64,000 nucleotides of DNA from Eledone cirrhosa (Eukaryota): contig OZ024759.1 in the NCBI GenBank assembly GCA_964016885.1, forward strand, positions 10,974,001-11,038,000. Reading direction: 5' to 3'. Position numbers and translations under genes: made by a program. Positions within the stretch are counted from its first letter, which is position 1. The number at the start of each line of letters is the position of its first letter. Below the pieces are notes generated by a model, which ran no database searches, was not told the origin of the DNA, and worked only from the letters and a program-made list of their open reading frames with translations. Shown here in pieces: positions 28,051-42,500 of this stretch.

Positions 28051-28456
28051 GGGGTTACAGTACCATACATACATAACCCTATACCATAAAATTCTATATA
28101 TAACCCTATATCAGATTTTCTATATAATTCTATACAATTTAATTTTAGATATAACCCTAAATGATTTAATTTTATGTATATATAATTTTATATATAACTC
28201 TATACTATATATTGTTATACTTTGGGAGTATAACAATATATAGTATAGAGTTATATATAAAGTATAACAATATCGGTTTCAACACACGATTTCAGATAAA
28301 GAATCTTGCTAAACAAATTCAGAAACGAAATATCTATACTATATAATTCTATATATATAATTTTAGATATAACCCTATACCAAATTTTATACATATAACC
28401 CTTATGACGAGCCTTATCACATGCGGCCCACATTATGATGAGCCTTATGTTGTGTG

Positions 28457-30760
28457 CATAGACAGTGTCGTTCATTAGAAATGACATATGTAGTGCCTTT
28501 CATTAGAAATATGGCAATGAAAGGGTTAATGACATAGACAGTGTCTTTCATTAGAAATATGGTAATGAAAGGGTTAAAGACATAGACAGTGTCTTTCATT
28601 AGAAATATGATAATGAAAAGGTTAATGACATAGACAGTGTCTTTCATTAGAAATATGGTAATGAAAGGGTTAATGACATAGACAGTGTATTTCATTAGAA
28701 ATATGGTAATGAAAAGGTTAATGACATAGACAGTGCCTTTCATTAGAAATATGGTAATGAAAGGGTTAATGACATAGACAGTGTCTTTCATTAGAAATAT
28801 GATAATGAAAAGGTTAATGACATAGACAGTGTCTTTCATTAGAAATATGGGAATGGAATGGTTAATGACATAGACAGTGTCTTTCATTAGAAATATGGTA
28901 ATGAAAGGGTTAATGACATAGACAGTGTCTTTCATTAGAAATATTCTAATGAAATGGTTAATGACATAGACAGTGTCTTTCATTAGAAATATGGTAATGA
29001 AAGGGTTAATGACATAGACAGTGTCTTTCATTAGAAATATGGTAATGAAAGGGTTAATGACATAGACAGTGTCTTTCATTAGAAATATGATAATGAAAGG
29101 GTTAATGACATAGACAGTGTCTTTCATTAGAAATATGGTAATGAAAGGGTTAATGACATAGACAGTGTCTTTCATTAGAAATATGGTAATAGAAGGGTTA
29201 ATGACATAGACAGTGTCTTTCATTAGAAATATGGTAATGGAATGGTTAATGACATAGACAGTGTCTTTCATTAGAATTATGGTAATGAAATGGTTAATGA
29301 CATAGACAGTGTCTTTCATTAGAAATATTGTAATGCAAGGGTTAATGACATAGACTGTGTCTTTCATTAGAAATATGGTAATGAAAGGGTTAATGACAGA
29401 GACAGTGTCTTTCATTAGAAATATGGTAATGAAAGGGTTAATGACATAGACAGTGTCTTTCATTAGAAATATGGAATTGGAAGGCTTAATGACATAGATA
29501 GTGTCTTTCATTAGAAATATGGTAATGAAAGGGTTAATGACATAGACAGTGTCTCTCATTAGAAATATGGTAATGAAAGGGTTAATGACATAGACAGTGT
29601 CTGTCATTAGAAATATGGTAATGAAAGGGTTAATGACATAGACAGTGTCTTTCATTAGAAATATGGTAATGAAAGGGTTAATGACATAGACAGTGTCTTT
29701 CATTAGAAATATGGCAATGGAAGGTTAATGACATAGACAGTGTCTTACATTAGAAATATGGAAATGGAAGGGTTAACGACATAGACAGTGTCTTTCATTA
29801 GAAATATAGTAATGGAAGGGTTAATGACATAGTCAGTGTCTTTCATTAGAAATATGGTAATGGAAGGGTTAATGACATAGACAGTATCTTTCATTAGAAA
29901 TATGGTAATGGAAGGGTTAATGACATAGACAGTGTCTTTCATTAGAAATATGGTAATGGAAGGGTTAATGACATAGACAGTGTCTTTCATTAGAAATATG
30001 GTAATGAAAGGGTTAATGACATAGACAGTGTCTTTCATTAGAAATATGGTAATGAAAGGTTTAATGACATAGACAGTGTCTTTCATTAGAAATATGGTAA
30101 TGGAAGGGTTAATGACATAGACAGTGTCTTTCATTAGAAATATGGCAATGGAAGGTTAATGACATAGACAGTGTCTTACATTAGAAATATGGAAATGGAA
30201 GGGTTAATGACATAGACAGTGTCTTTCATTAGAAATATAGTAAGTGTCTTTCATTAGAAATATGGTAATGGAAGGGTTAATGACATAGACAGTGTCTTTC
30301 ATTAGAAATATGGTAATGAAAGGGTTAATGACATAGACAGTGTCTTTCATTAGAAATATGGTAATGACAGGGTTAATGACATAGACAGTGTCTTTCATTA
30401 GAAATATAGTAATGAAAGGATTAATGACATAGACAGTGTCTTTCATTAGAAATATGGTAATGGAAGGGTTAATGACATAGACAGTGTCTTTCATTAGAAA
30501 TATGGTAATGAAAGGGTTAATGACATAGACAGTGTCTTTCATTAGAAATATAGTAATGAAAGGATTAATGACATAGACAGTGTCTTTCATTAGAAATATG
30601 GTAATGGAAGGGTTAATGACATAGACAGTGTCTTTCATTAGAAATATGGTAATGGAAGGGTTAATGACATAGACAGTGTCTTTCATTATAAATATGGTAA
30701 TGGAAGGGTTAATGACATTGACAGTGTCTTTCATTAGAAATGTGGTAATGAAAGGGTTAA
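28457..30760 (-). repeat. 48-bp satellite (~48 copies), block 1
   Basis: Unit tgacatagacagtgtctttcattagaaatatggtaatgaaagggttaa; ends exactly on AGGG-TTAA. Confidence 0.96.
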
Positions 30761-31350
30761 TTATACATGTTGATGTTGTCAATGACAAGGGTTTAATGTA
30801 TGTATGGTCCTGTAACTGCCAAGAGAGTCATAAGGGGCCATATTGACATACAGCATTTGTAGGGCATTCCTTTTAACCTGGCAGAACTCCTCTCCAGGCT
30901 TGACTACAGCAGATTTCTTCCAGAGAAGGATAGAGTGTGAAAGAATGGATTTCAGAAAGAGATATAGAGGAAGAATCAACCCCAGTACATGACTGGTACC
31001 TTTTTTATCGACCTCGAAAGAATGAAAGGCACAGTTGACCTTGGTGGAATTTGAAGTGAGAGAGCAGAGAGCTGCAATAGGTACTTCAAGACATTCTATC
31101 TAACGATTCTGTCAATTCACTGCCTCGACAAAAGTTAATAAGAACTAAAGTTGCTGAGTTTAAGTTGGCGATTAGTTGGTTTGTAATTTGTTAATTAAGT
31201 TGGTCTCTAATTAATTGATTACTCAAGGAGTTGGTTTAACAATGAACTAATTTGCAATGAATTCACGCTCAACCAATAATATTCTTTTTTTTTTAGCAAT
31301 TAAGTATCTTATTTCTATATTTAAATAAAGTTATTTCTTTTTTAATTCCA

Positions 31351-32540
31351 TTAACCCTTCCATTACCATATTTCTAATGAAAGACACTACCTATGTCTTT
31401 AACCCTTTCATTACCATATTTCTAATGAAAGACACTGTCTATGTCTTTAACCCTTTCATTACCATATTTCTAATGAAAGACACTGTCTATGTCGTTAAAC
31501 CTTTCATTACCATATTTCTAATGAAAGACACTGTCTCTGTCTTTAACCCTTTCATTACCATATTTCTAATGAAAGACACTGTCTATGTCATTAACCCTTC
31601 CATTGCCATATTTCTAATGAAAGACACTACCTATGTTTTTAACCCTTTCATTACTATATTTCTAATGAAAGACACTGTCTATGTCTTTAACCCTTTCATT
31701 ACCATATTTCTAATGAAAGACACTGTCTATGTCATTAACTCTTCCATTACCATATTCCTAATGACAGACACTGTTTATGTCATTAACCCTTTCATTGCTA
31801 TATTTCTAATGAAAGACACTGTCTATGTCATTAACCCTTTCATTACTATATTTCTAATGAAAGACACTGACTATGTCATTAACTCTTTCATTACCATATT
31901 TCTAATGAAAGACACTGTCTATGTCATTAACCCTTTCATTACTATATTTCTAATGAAAGACACTGACTATGTCATTAACTCTTTCATTGCCATATTTCTA
32001 ATGAAAGACACTGTCTATGTCATTAACCCTTTCATTACCATATTTCTAATGAAAGACACTGTCTATGTCATTAACCCTTTCATTGCCATATTTCTAATGA
32101 AAGACACTGTCTATGTCATTAACCCTTTCATTACTATATTTCTAATGAAAGACACTGACTATGTCATTAACCCTTCCATTACCATATTTCTAATGAAAGA
32201 CACTGCCTATGTCATTAACCCTTTCATTACCATATTTCTGATGAAAGACACTGTCTATGTCATTAACCCTTCCATTACCATATTCCTAATGACAGACACT
32301 GTTTATGTCATTAACCCTTTCATTGCTATATTTCTAATAAAAGACACTGTCTATGTCATTAACCCTTCCATTACCATATTTCTAATGAAAGACACTGTCT
32401 ATGTCATTAACCCTTTCATTACCATATTTCTAATGAAAGACACTGTCTATGTCATTAACCCTTTCATTACCATATTTCTAATGAAAGACACTGTCTATGT
32501 CATTAACCCTTCCATTACCATATTTCTAATGAAAGATACT
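31351..32540 (+). repeat. 48-bp satellite (~25 copies), block 2, inverted relative to block 1
   Basis: Begins exactly at TTAA-CCCT; unit ttaaccctttcattaccatatttctaatgaaagacactgtctatgtca. Confidence 0.96.
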
Positions 32541-33209
32541 ACCAAGAAAGGACCTTGTGACCTCCTGGTCATCTGTCAAACATCTTAACCACTATGCCAG
32601 ATACCTTTACAGGTGTACAGTGGTGAACTATTACACAGGATTACCTGTGTAACATTACAGCAAGTGTGTAATAGGTGAAATACCTGTTAATTAACGACAC
32701 ATTTACAGGTGTGCAGTTGTCAACAGTAAGCTAAGACCGTATGAGGATTACCTGTAATAGGTGAGATGTCTAGTTAATTAAACTCACCTGCATTACAGTC
32801 TCTGGCTTTCACAGTTTAATAGAGAACGCTCAGTCAGCAAGTCTTTTGTTCAACATTTCACATCAGATTCTTAACGAATCTAATTAAACATTCCTTCTTA
32901 ATTGTTTTCTTTTTATCTTATTTTTCTTTTCTGCATCAATCACAGCTATACAATTAGCTCGGTTATTGAGTACATCAATGTAGAGCAAACCTCAAACAGC
33001 AAAATTGATCTTATTCCAATATTTCCTGAGTCAGTGGGATTTAGCTGAGTGCTTTTTAATGATAGGTACCCCAGTCATAGCATGAGAATCATCGTAAAAT
33101 GAAGCATTAAAGTAAGAAATAGAGACAGCAGGGAGAAAGAAATGTTTCCATTGATCTTTCCATTTCTGATATTATCTCTTACAACTCCTGGTAGAAGGAG
33201 AAACATAAT

Positions 33210-33320
33210 ATAAAGTGTCTTGTTTAAGGTTACAACTTCTGCTCTCATCCAGGAATTAAACCCACGACCTTATGATCCTCAGTCCATCACCCTAACCACT
33301 AGACCACACACCTTCACACA
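33210..33320 (-). mobile_element. CORE-like SINE head fragment
   Basis: Minus strand: GTCTAGTGGTTAGGGTG...GGGTTTAATTCCTGG...CCTTAAACAAGACACTTT. Confidence 0.6.
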
Positions 33321-33439
33321 GCCACAGCTGTTCCTTATTGTTGTTCTTTTTAAGTTATCCCTCTTTCGAAGGTGAAGCACTCATTTTATTTTTTCTAATG
33401 ACTAGAATATATGTGGCTTCCCACACCTGCATAAACATC

Positions 33440-35759
33440 TGTAGTGACCCCTAGCGGTGAAATCCAGAAGTAACGAGAGTTATGTCCCCATGGGGGACAA
33501 TATATTGAGACAGCGAGGGACCTCTTTCTCTCTCTTACACGGCCAACCGTCCGGGAATCAAGATGCAACCCTGCCTTCTCCGACTTTTAGTTCACCTACT
33601 CCAGTGAACATGTTAAGAGCAACTCTCTCACAAACTATGGTGGCAGCCTACAACAGCCTCATGAACAAACAACGAATAACATCGTCAACCTTCGCAACTC
33701 GTGGTAATATGTTTATTGTCCTTCTTTGACTCAAGTGAAGTAAACCTTTTTATATATAAAGTAAATCAGCCATTCTTATTCTTTCAACAACAACTATTAT
33801 CTGTACTAATACCATTCTTCTAAAGTGGTGACCCCAGCCGTGGGAACTAAGTGTTCCTTTAAAAAAAAAAAAAAAAAATTTTGAAAAAAGAAATACGAAG
33901 TGGTATTATAAAAATAAATTAATAGAAAACAACACGCTTTTTTATTCTGATATGGCTTCATTTACCGATCACATAAGGAAGAGAGAACTGAACTTTTTGT
34001 TAAGAACAATTATGTAAATATTTTTTTTTCTCTTCTTTCCCTTGCTCAAATGTGTGAAGATGTCAAGATGGCGGCTTTCTTCTTCATCAGTTTTTTTGGC
34101 ACAAAACTGTGCGCCATGGTTTTTGTTTAAGGTTCGCTGTAAATATATTTTTAATGCCATTGTTTGATTAGTTGCTCCCTTACACATTAATTCGGATGCA
34201 TTTGTTTTCCTGTCCGGTTGTTTGACAGTAAAAAAACAAGTGGATTTATTTTCTTTTTCCCTCGTGTTTGAGGTATTTGTTTTTACGGAGACGCATTTTG
34301 GCCACTTACTGAGATTGCACCAATGGCATCTCATTTTATTCTCCCTACTTACAGGCGACGTGAAGTTATGGTTCGCTCAAATGGAAGCATTTTTCGAGGC
34401 TAACAACATCGCCGAGGCACAGCAACGTCCCCTCGTCCTTAGTGCCATTCTTCCGGCACTTCTCCCAATTATTAAGGATGTCGTATTGGAGACACCGACT
34501 GACGCTACTTACCAGTCGTTGAAGGCTGAAATACTCGGCCGGACTGCAGAGTCCGCCAAGAAACGCTTTAGAGGTCTGGTCCATTTGGAGCATATCGGGG
34601 ATGGCACTCCATCGAACCTCTTAAGTCGGATGAAAGACCTAACAGAGGGGTCGGCAGTGGAAACTGCGTTGTTGAAGCAGTTGTTTTTCTCACGGCTACC
34701 GACCAACGTTTGAGCAATTTTGGCCCCATTAGGGATACATGTTCTGTGGACCAACTGGCCGCCTCTGCGGACAAAGTTTTTGAGGTCATGGGTACTGGAG
34801 GCAGCGAGGCCCTTGCTGCTGTTTCTCACCCAGCTCAGGCCACACCTGGCCATGCCACCTGCACGGCAACTTATGCAGACAGCGCAGCTATAAGGGCTAT
34901 GCAGAAAGCCATTCTGGAGGAACTCACCCTGGAGCTACAGAAGCTGAAGGCCTCTAGTGGTGCTCGTTCGCGCAGCCGCGGTAGATCTTACTCTTTCAGA
35001 CACCGCCCCAGGTCACCAGCTTCATCTTTATGCTGGTACCAGCAGCGTTTTGCTGAGAATACGAACCACTGTGTGCAGCCTTGTTCGTTTGTGAAGTTGG
35101 GGAAACGCCAGAGAGGTTCGCTGAAGGCGGCAGTTGACCTCAGCGTAAAGCTTCCAAACCGCCACTTCTTCATCAAGGACCTTCTGTCTGGAAGAGGCGT
35201 CCTCATGGATACAGGAGCCTCCTGTAGTATTTAGCCGGTCCATTGCCTAAGGGATACCCCCGTGGAATCATCCGTTACTCTGCAGGCCGTTAACTACTCA
35301 CCTATAAAGATGTACGGACAAATTCCAAAATCTTTGTAGGGATTTTAAATGGATTTTTACGGTCGCTCACTTGCCATACCCAATCTTAGGAGCGGATTTC
35401 CTCCACAAATTCTCCCTGACTGTGGACGTCCGAGTGAACTAAAAGTCGGAGACGGCAGAGTTGCATCTTGATTCCAGGACGTGTAAGAGAGATACAACTC
35501 TGCCTTCTGCGACTTTTAGTTCACCTACTCCAGTGAACATGTTAAGAGCAACTCGCTCACTACTATGGTCGCAGACTACTAACAGCCTCATGAACCAACT
35601 ACACAGATAACATCAACCACTTTCGTGACTCATTGGTAATATGTTTATTATTCTATTTTGACTTCGATGAAGTAAACTTTTGTACAAAAAGAAACTCAGC
35701 CATTCTTATTCTTTGAACAACTGTTATAATAATACCTGTACAAATACCATTCTTTTAAA
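33440..35759 (+). mobile_element. Internally deleted Ty3/Gypsy LTR retrotransposon
   Basis: 5' LTR 33440-33824 (TGTAG...), PBS TGGTGACCCC 33826-33835, partial 3' LTR ~35495-35759 homologous to 33575-33824, 4-bp TSD CATC (33436-33439, 35760-35763). Confidence 0.88.
34330..35432 (+). pseudogene. Disrupted Gypsy gag-protease
   Basis: VKLWFAQMEAFF..Y.SLKAEIL..PS.LL.RM..LFFSRLP (gag), RSRSR..LCWYQQRF..HCVQPC (Zn-knuckle-like), LMDTGA and PILGADFL (aspartic protease). Stops and frameshifts are present; RT/RH/IN are absent. Confidence 0.85.
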
Positions 35760-35859
35760 CATCCATGCCACTGATGTTGTCCAAGGGAAAGGTGATGGCT
35801 GATACCAGTGGCATCACAGCTATATATACTGTATATACACTATATATTTACTGTGTATA

Positions 35860-36170
35860 TCATCATCATTTTACGTCCACTTTTCCCTGCTAGCAAAGGT
35901 GGGACAGGAACTGATTCTGGCTTGATTTCTACAGCTGGATGCCCTTCCTAACACCAACCCCATTTCCAGTGAGTGCAGGGTGCTTTTTTGCCGTGGCACC
36001 TCCACGACCACTTTACAGTGAGTGCTGGGTGCTTTTTTGCCGTGGCACCTCCACAACCACTTTACAGTGAGTGCTGGGTGCTTTTTTGCCATGGCACCTC
36101 CACGACCACTTTACAGTGAGTGCTGGGTGCTTTTTTGCCGTGGCATCTCCACAACCACTTTACAGTGGAA
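35860..36170 (-). mobile_element. Meta-like SINE with internal ~48-bp tandem repeats
   Basis: ttctacagctggatgcccttcctaacaccaacc followed by 4 x cagtgagtgctgggtgcttttttgccgtggcacctccac.accacttta. Confidence 0.7.
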
Positions 36171-36595
36171 TGATAGGGACCCCAGGCCCTATCATCTCGT
36201 TTCTACAGCTGAGTAAACTGGAGCAATATGAAATAAAGTGTCTTGTTCAAGGAAAATATATATATAGTGAAACGTAATGCAAATTCAGAGTCATGTTGGC
36301 AAGCGTTCCAATGGCTAAAAAAGCCAGAGCTATAAACATAGGTTATAAACGCCATACAAACTGAGAAGGCGGTTAAGAAGGCATTAACCACCTAAGCCAA
36401 AAAACAAGTCAAGCTAAACAAGTCAGACAAAATAAATGACAAAATCATACATATATATACATATACATATATATACATATACATATATATATAACTAACC
36501 TGGACCCTTGGAATTGATGGTAAAATCCAAAACGGGTTTCTGTAACACCTAAATCAATAATACTGTCTGCTTAAAACCATAAGCTTTTGGTATAA

Positions 36596-36644
<49 letters not shown>

Positions 36645-36647
<3 letters not shown>

Positions 36648-37404
36648 GTATATATATAAAGACAAAGTTTTCTGTATGTGTGGACAATTTTTAATGAGGG
36701 CTCATATATTCTAAACCATTCATGCGATTTCTTTGAAATTTTTTACAGAGCTTCTCCTTACACAAAACCTGTACATGATCTACAAAGGCTTTCAAAAATC
36801 GAGAATTGAACTTCAAAAATCGATATTGGAGCCTTTGGAGATATTAAAAAAGTTTCGGTTATTTGTGTCAATTTTCGTGATTAAGTAAGACAAGAGTTAT
36901 CTTTCATAATTCAGCTCATTTGGATTTTAATTTACTCTTTGTACTTGAATCAAAAAGTACGCTTCCTTGAGACTAACAATATCATTTTGTATATTTCACA
37001 ACCAGCAATTTCTAACAGATTACTAAGTTAAGTTTTAGATTGGACATTGTTTAATTTATCGTTTCAAGCTTGATGTTCATACATTAAGTGGTGATGTCAT
37101 AACTTTTACAATATTATGCTTTGTACATAATAGTGTCTATTATTCACTTCACTTCTCTATTTCATGATGCGCTTTTACTGTTGTCAAAAATATTTATACC
37201 TAGACTGAATTTCTGTTGTGACATGGTATAATGGATGACACCGAGCTCACATATTAATTATTTCTCTGGAATAGTGCCTAAGGTTTTCATGTTTACATTA
37301 AGTACGTTTTTCTTCTATGTATTCAAATTTATTTTGTTTAGTTTAATGAGCTACATCGAATCGAAAGCTACTTAAACCGTCCAAAGGACAGGTAGTTTAG
37401 CTAG
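36645..37404 (+). mobile_element. Non-autonomous Helitron
   Basis: 5' A|TC..tatatataaag start, subterminal hairpin ccgtcc-aaa-ggacagg (37377-37392), 3' CTAG|T end, inserted in (TA)n. Confidence 0.7.
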
Positions 37405-38152
37405 TATATATATTTATATATATATACACTATATATATACTGTATATACACTATATATGATGTTGTCCAAGGGAAAGGTAATAGCCATACAGCTCGGCGC
37501 CAGTGACATCACAGCTATATATATATACTGTATATACACTATATATATATACACTATATATATACAGTATATACACTATATATATACAGTATATACACTA
37601 TATATATACTGTATATACACTATATATATACTGTATATACACTATATATATATACACTATATATATACACCATATATATACTGTATATACACTATATATA
37701 TATATATACACTATATATATACACCATATATATACAGTATATACACTATATATATATACTGTATATACACTATATATATATACTGTATATACACTATATA
37801 TATATACTGTATATACACTATATATATATACTGTATATACACTATATATATATACTGTATATACACTATATATATATACTGTATATACACTATATATATA
37901 TACTGTATATACACTATATATATATACTGTATATACACTATATATATATACTGTATATACACTATATATATATACTGTATATACACTATATATATATATA
38001 TATTGTATATACACTATATATATATATATTGTATATACACTATATATATATATTGTATATACACTATATATATATACACTATATATATATACACTATATG
38101 ATGTCCAAGGGAAAGGTAGTAGCTATACAGCTCGGTACCAGTGACATCACAG

Positions 38153-38190
<38 letters not shown>

Positions 38191-38950
38191 TATATACACT
38201 ATATATATATACACTATATATATACACCATATATATACTGTATATACACTATATATATACAGTATATACACTATATATACTGTATATACACTATATATAT
38301 ATACTGTATATACACTATATATATATACAGTATATACACTATATATATATACACTATATATATATACACTATATATATACACTATATATATACAGTATAT
38401 ACACTATATATACTGTATATACACTATATATATATACTGTATATACACTATATATATATACAGTATATACACTATATATATATACACTATATATATATAC
38501 ACTATATATATACACTATATATATACAGTATATATACTGTATATACACTATATATATATACTGTATATACACTATATATATATACAGTATATACACTATA
38601 TATATATACACTATATATATATACAGTATATACACTATATATATATACACTATATATATATACAGTATATACACTATATATATATACACTATATATATAT
38701 ACAGTATATACACTATATATATATACACTATATGTATACAGTATATACACTATATATATATACACTATATATATATATACTGTATATACACTATATATAT
38801 ATATTGTACACTATATATATACAGTATATACACTATATATATATATACAGTATATACACTATATGTATACTGTATATACACTATATATATATACACTATA
38901 TGATGTCCAAGGGAAAGGTAGTAGCCATACAGCTCGGTACCAGTGACATC
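37405..38950. repeat. Compound TATACAC/TATACTG microsatellite with 3 interspersed copies of a ~55-bp SINE-derived segment
   Basis: tgatgtccaagggaaaggtagtagc.atacagctcgg..ccagtgacatcaca at ~37458, 38099 and 38901 (related copy at 35772). Confidence 0.9.
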
Positions 38951-39090
38951 ACAACTCATATCTACAGCTGAGTTTATTGGAGCAACATGAAATAAAGTGT
39001 CTTGCTCAAGGACACAACACATCACCCTGTCTGGGAATCGAACTCACAATTGCAAGCCCAATGTTCTGGCCACTAAGTCAGGTGCCTCTT
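38950..39090 (-). mobile_element. CORE-like SINE
   Basis: Minus strand: GACTTAGTGG..GAGTTCGATTCCC..GTGTCCTTGAGCAAGACACTTTATTTC. Confidence 0.75.
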
Positions 39091-39299
39091 AATTATTACT
39101 GATTTTTCTGTTAATTTGTTTACCTTCGTCACAGTTGTTGTTTTTTAAAAATTTATCTTAAGAGGGATCACTTAGAAACGTAGGAATTAAATTTAGCCCT
39201 TAATAATACTTGAAACAATTCAAATATGTTTCTCTGATTAAATGATAAGATAAGGTGTTTGTGGCCCTAACGAGCTTATTGACAACTGATTTAAATAAT

Positions 39300-39463
39300 T
39301 GTTTCTACTTTAGGCACAAGGCCAGCAATTACCCAGTACATTACTGGTACTTTATTTTATCGACCCTGTGAGGATGAAAGGCAAAGTTAACTTCGGCGGG
39401 ATTTGAACTCAGACTGTAAAGGGCCAAGACTCTATGCGTCAAAGCATGGCGTCCGACCCTCTG
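39300..39463 (-). mobile_element. Nin-like tRNA SINE
   Basis: Reverse complement of the 2617 family. Confidence 0.85.
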
Positions 39464-39568
39464 CTTTTATCTACTTTGTATTGTTCTTTGCTGCCCGTCC
39501 CCCTATTTCCCCAGTCTTTCCACATCTTTTAGTTTTGGATCTGTCTACAGTGCTGTTGTACCACCAGG

Positions 39569-42500
39569 CCACCCCATTAGCTACATGGTACCTTACTTCA
39601 ACCACAGTCCACCCCATTAGCTACCTGGTACCTTACTTCAACCACAGTCCACCCCATTAGCTACATGGTACCTTACTTCAACCACAGTCCACCCCATTAG
39701 CTACCTGGTACCTTACTTCAACCACAGTCCACCCCATTAGCTACATGGTACCTTACATCAACCACAGTCCACCCCATTAGCTACCTGGTACCTTACTTCA
39801 ACCACAGTCCACCCCATTAGCTACCTGGTACCTTACTTCAACCACAGTCCACCCCATTAGCTACCTGGTACCTTACTTCAACCACAGTCCACCCCATTAG
39901 CTACCTGGTATCTTACTTCAACCACAGTCTACCCCATTAGCTACCTGGTACCTTACTTCAACCACAGTCCACCCCATTAGCTACCTGGTACCTTACTTCA
40001 ACCACAGTCCACCCCATTAGCTACCTGGTACCTTACTTCAACCACAGTCCACCCCATTAGCTACCTGGTACCTTACTTCAACCACAGTCCACCCCATTAG
40101 CTACATGGTACCTTACATCAACCACAGTCCACCCCATTAGCTACCTGGTACCTTACTTCAACCACAGTCCACCCCATTAGCTACCTGGTACCTTACTTCA
40201 ACCACAGTCCACCCCATTAGCTACCTGGTACCTTACTTCAACCACAGTCTACCCCATTAGCTACCTGGTACCTTACTTCAACCACAGTCCACCCCATTAG
40301 CTACCTGGTACCTTACTTCAACCACAGTCCACCCCATTAGCTACATGGTACCTTACTTCAACCACAGTCCACCCCATTAGCTACCTGGTACCTTACTTCA
40401 ACCACAGTCCACCCCATTAGCTACCTGGTACCTTACTTCAACCACAGTCCACCCCATTAGCTATCTGGTACCTTACTTCAACCACAGTCCACCCCATTAG
40501 CTACCTGGTACCTTACTTCAACCACAGTCCACCCCATTAGCTACCTGGTACCTTACTTCAACCACAGTCCACCCCATTAGCTACATGGTACCTTACTTCA
40601 ACCACAGTCCACCCCATTAGCTACCTGGTACCTTACTTCAACCACAGTCCACCCCATTAGCTACCTGGTACCTTACTTCAACCACAGTCCACCCCATTAG
40701 CTACCTGGTACCTTACTTCAACCACAGTCTACCCCATTAGCTACCTGGTACCTTACTTCAACCACAGTCCACCCCATTAGCTACCTGGTACCTTACTTCA
40801 ACCACAGTCCACCCCATTAGCTACCTGGTACCTTACTTCAACCATAGTGCACCCCATTAGCTACCTGGTACCTTACTTCAACCACTGTCCACCCCATTAG
40901 CTACCTGGTACCTTACTTCAACCACAGTCCACCCCATTAGCTACATGGTACCTTACATCAACCACAGTCCACCCCATTAGCTACGTGGTACCTTACATCA
41001 ACCACAGTCTACCCCATTAGCTACCTGGTACCTTACTTCAACCACAGTCCACCCCATTAGCTACCTGGTACCTTACTTCAACCACAGTCCACCCCATTAG
41101 CTACCTGGTACCTTACTTCAACCATAGTGCACCCCATTAGCTACCTGGTACCTTACATCAACCACTGTCCACCCCATTAGCTACCTGGTACCTTACTTCA
41201 ACCACAGTCCACCCCATTAGCTACATGGTACCTTACATCAACCACAGTCCACCCCATTAGCTACCTGGTACCTTACTTCAACCACAGTCCACCCCATTAG
41301 CTACCTGGTACCTTACTTCAACCACAGTCCACCCCATTAGCTACCTGGTACCTTACTTCAACCACAGTCCACCCCATTAGCTACCTGGTACCTTACTTCA
41401 ACCACAGTCCACCCCATTAGCTACCTGGTACCTTACTTCAACCATAGTGCACCCCATTAGCTACCCGGTACCTTACTTCAACCAAAGTCCACCCCATTAG
41501 TTACCTGCTACCTTACTTCAACCACAGTCCACCCCATTAGCTACCTGGTACCTTACTTCAACCACAGTCCACCCCATTAGCTATCTGGTACCTTACTTCA
41601 ACCACAGTCCACCCCATTAGCTACCTGGTACCTTACTTCAACCACAGTCCACCCCATTAGTTACCTGGTACCTTACTTCAACCACAGTCCACCCCATTAG
41701 TTACCTGCTACCTTACTTCAACCACAGTCCACCCCATTAGCTACCTGGTACCTTACTTCAACCACAGTCCACCCCATTAGCTACCTGGTACCTTACTTCA
41801 ACCACAGTCCACCCCATTAGCTACCTGGTACCTTACTTCCAGCACAGTCCACCCCATTAGCTACCTGGTACCTTACTTCAACCACAGTCCACCCCATTAG
41901 CTACCTGGTACCTTACTTCCAGCACAGTCCACCCCATTAGTTACCTGCTACCTTACTTCAACCACAGTCCACCCCATTAGCTACCTGGTACCTTACTTCA
42001 ACCACAGTCCACCCCATTAGCTACCTGGTACCTTACTTCAACCACAGTCCACCCCATTAGCTACATGGTACCTTACATCAACCACAGTCCACCCCATTAG
42101 CTACCTGGTACCTTACTTCAACCACAGTCCACCCCATTAGCTACCTGGTACCTTACTTCAACCACAGTCCACCCCATTAGCTACCTGGTACCTTACTTCA
42201 ACCACAGTCCACCCCATTAGCTACCTGGTATCTTACTTCAACCACAGTCTACCCCATTAGCTACCTGGTACCTTACTTCAACCACAGTCCACCCCATTAG
42301 CTACCTGGTACCTTACTTCAACCACAGTCCACCCCATTAGCTACCTGGTACCTTACTTCAACCACAGTCCACCCCATTAGCTACCTGGTACCTTACTTCA
42401 ACCACAGTCCACCCCATTAGCTACATGGTACCTTACATCAACCACAGTCCACCCCATTAGCTACCTGGTACCTTACTTCAACCACAGTCCACCCCATTAG

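Noticed and set aside
28417-32588. MKDTVYVINPFITIFL repeat proteins
   Set aside because: A 48-bp unit divisible by 3, present on both strands, with TE-terminus-like sequence; not a gene.
32945-33110. Exon-like segment with good acceptor and AAA|GTAAGA donor
   Set aside because: Stops in all three frames; it could be a non-coding exon but this cannot be supported from sequence alone.
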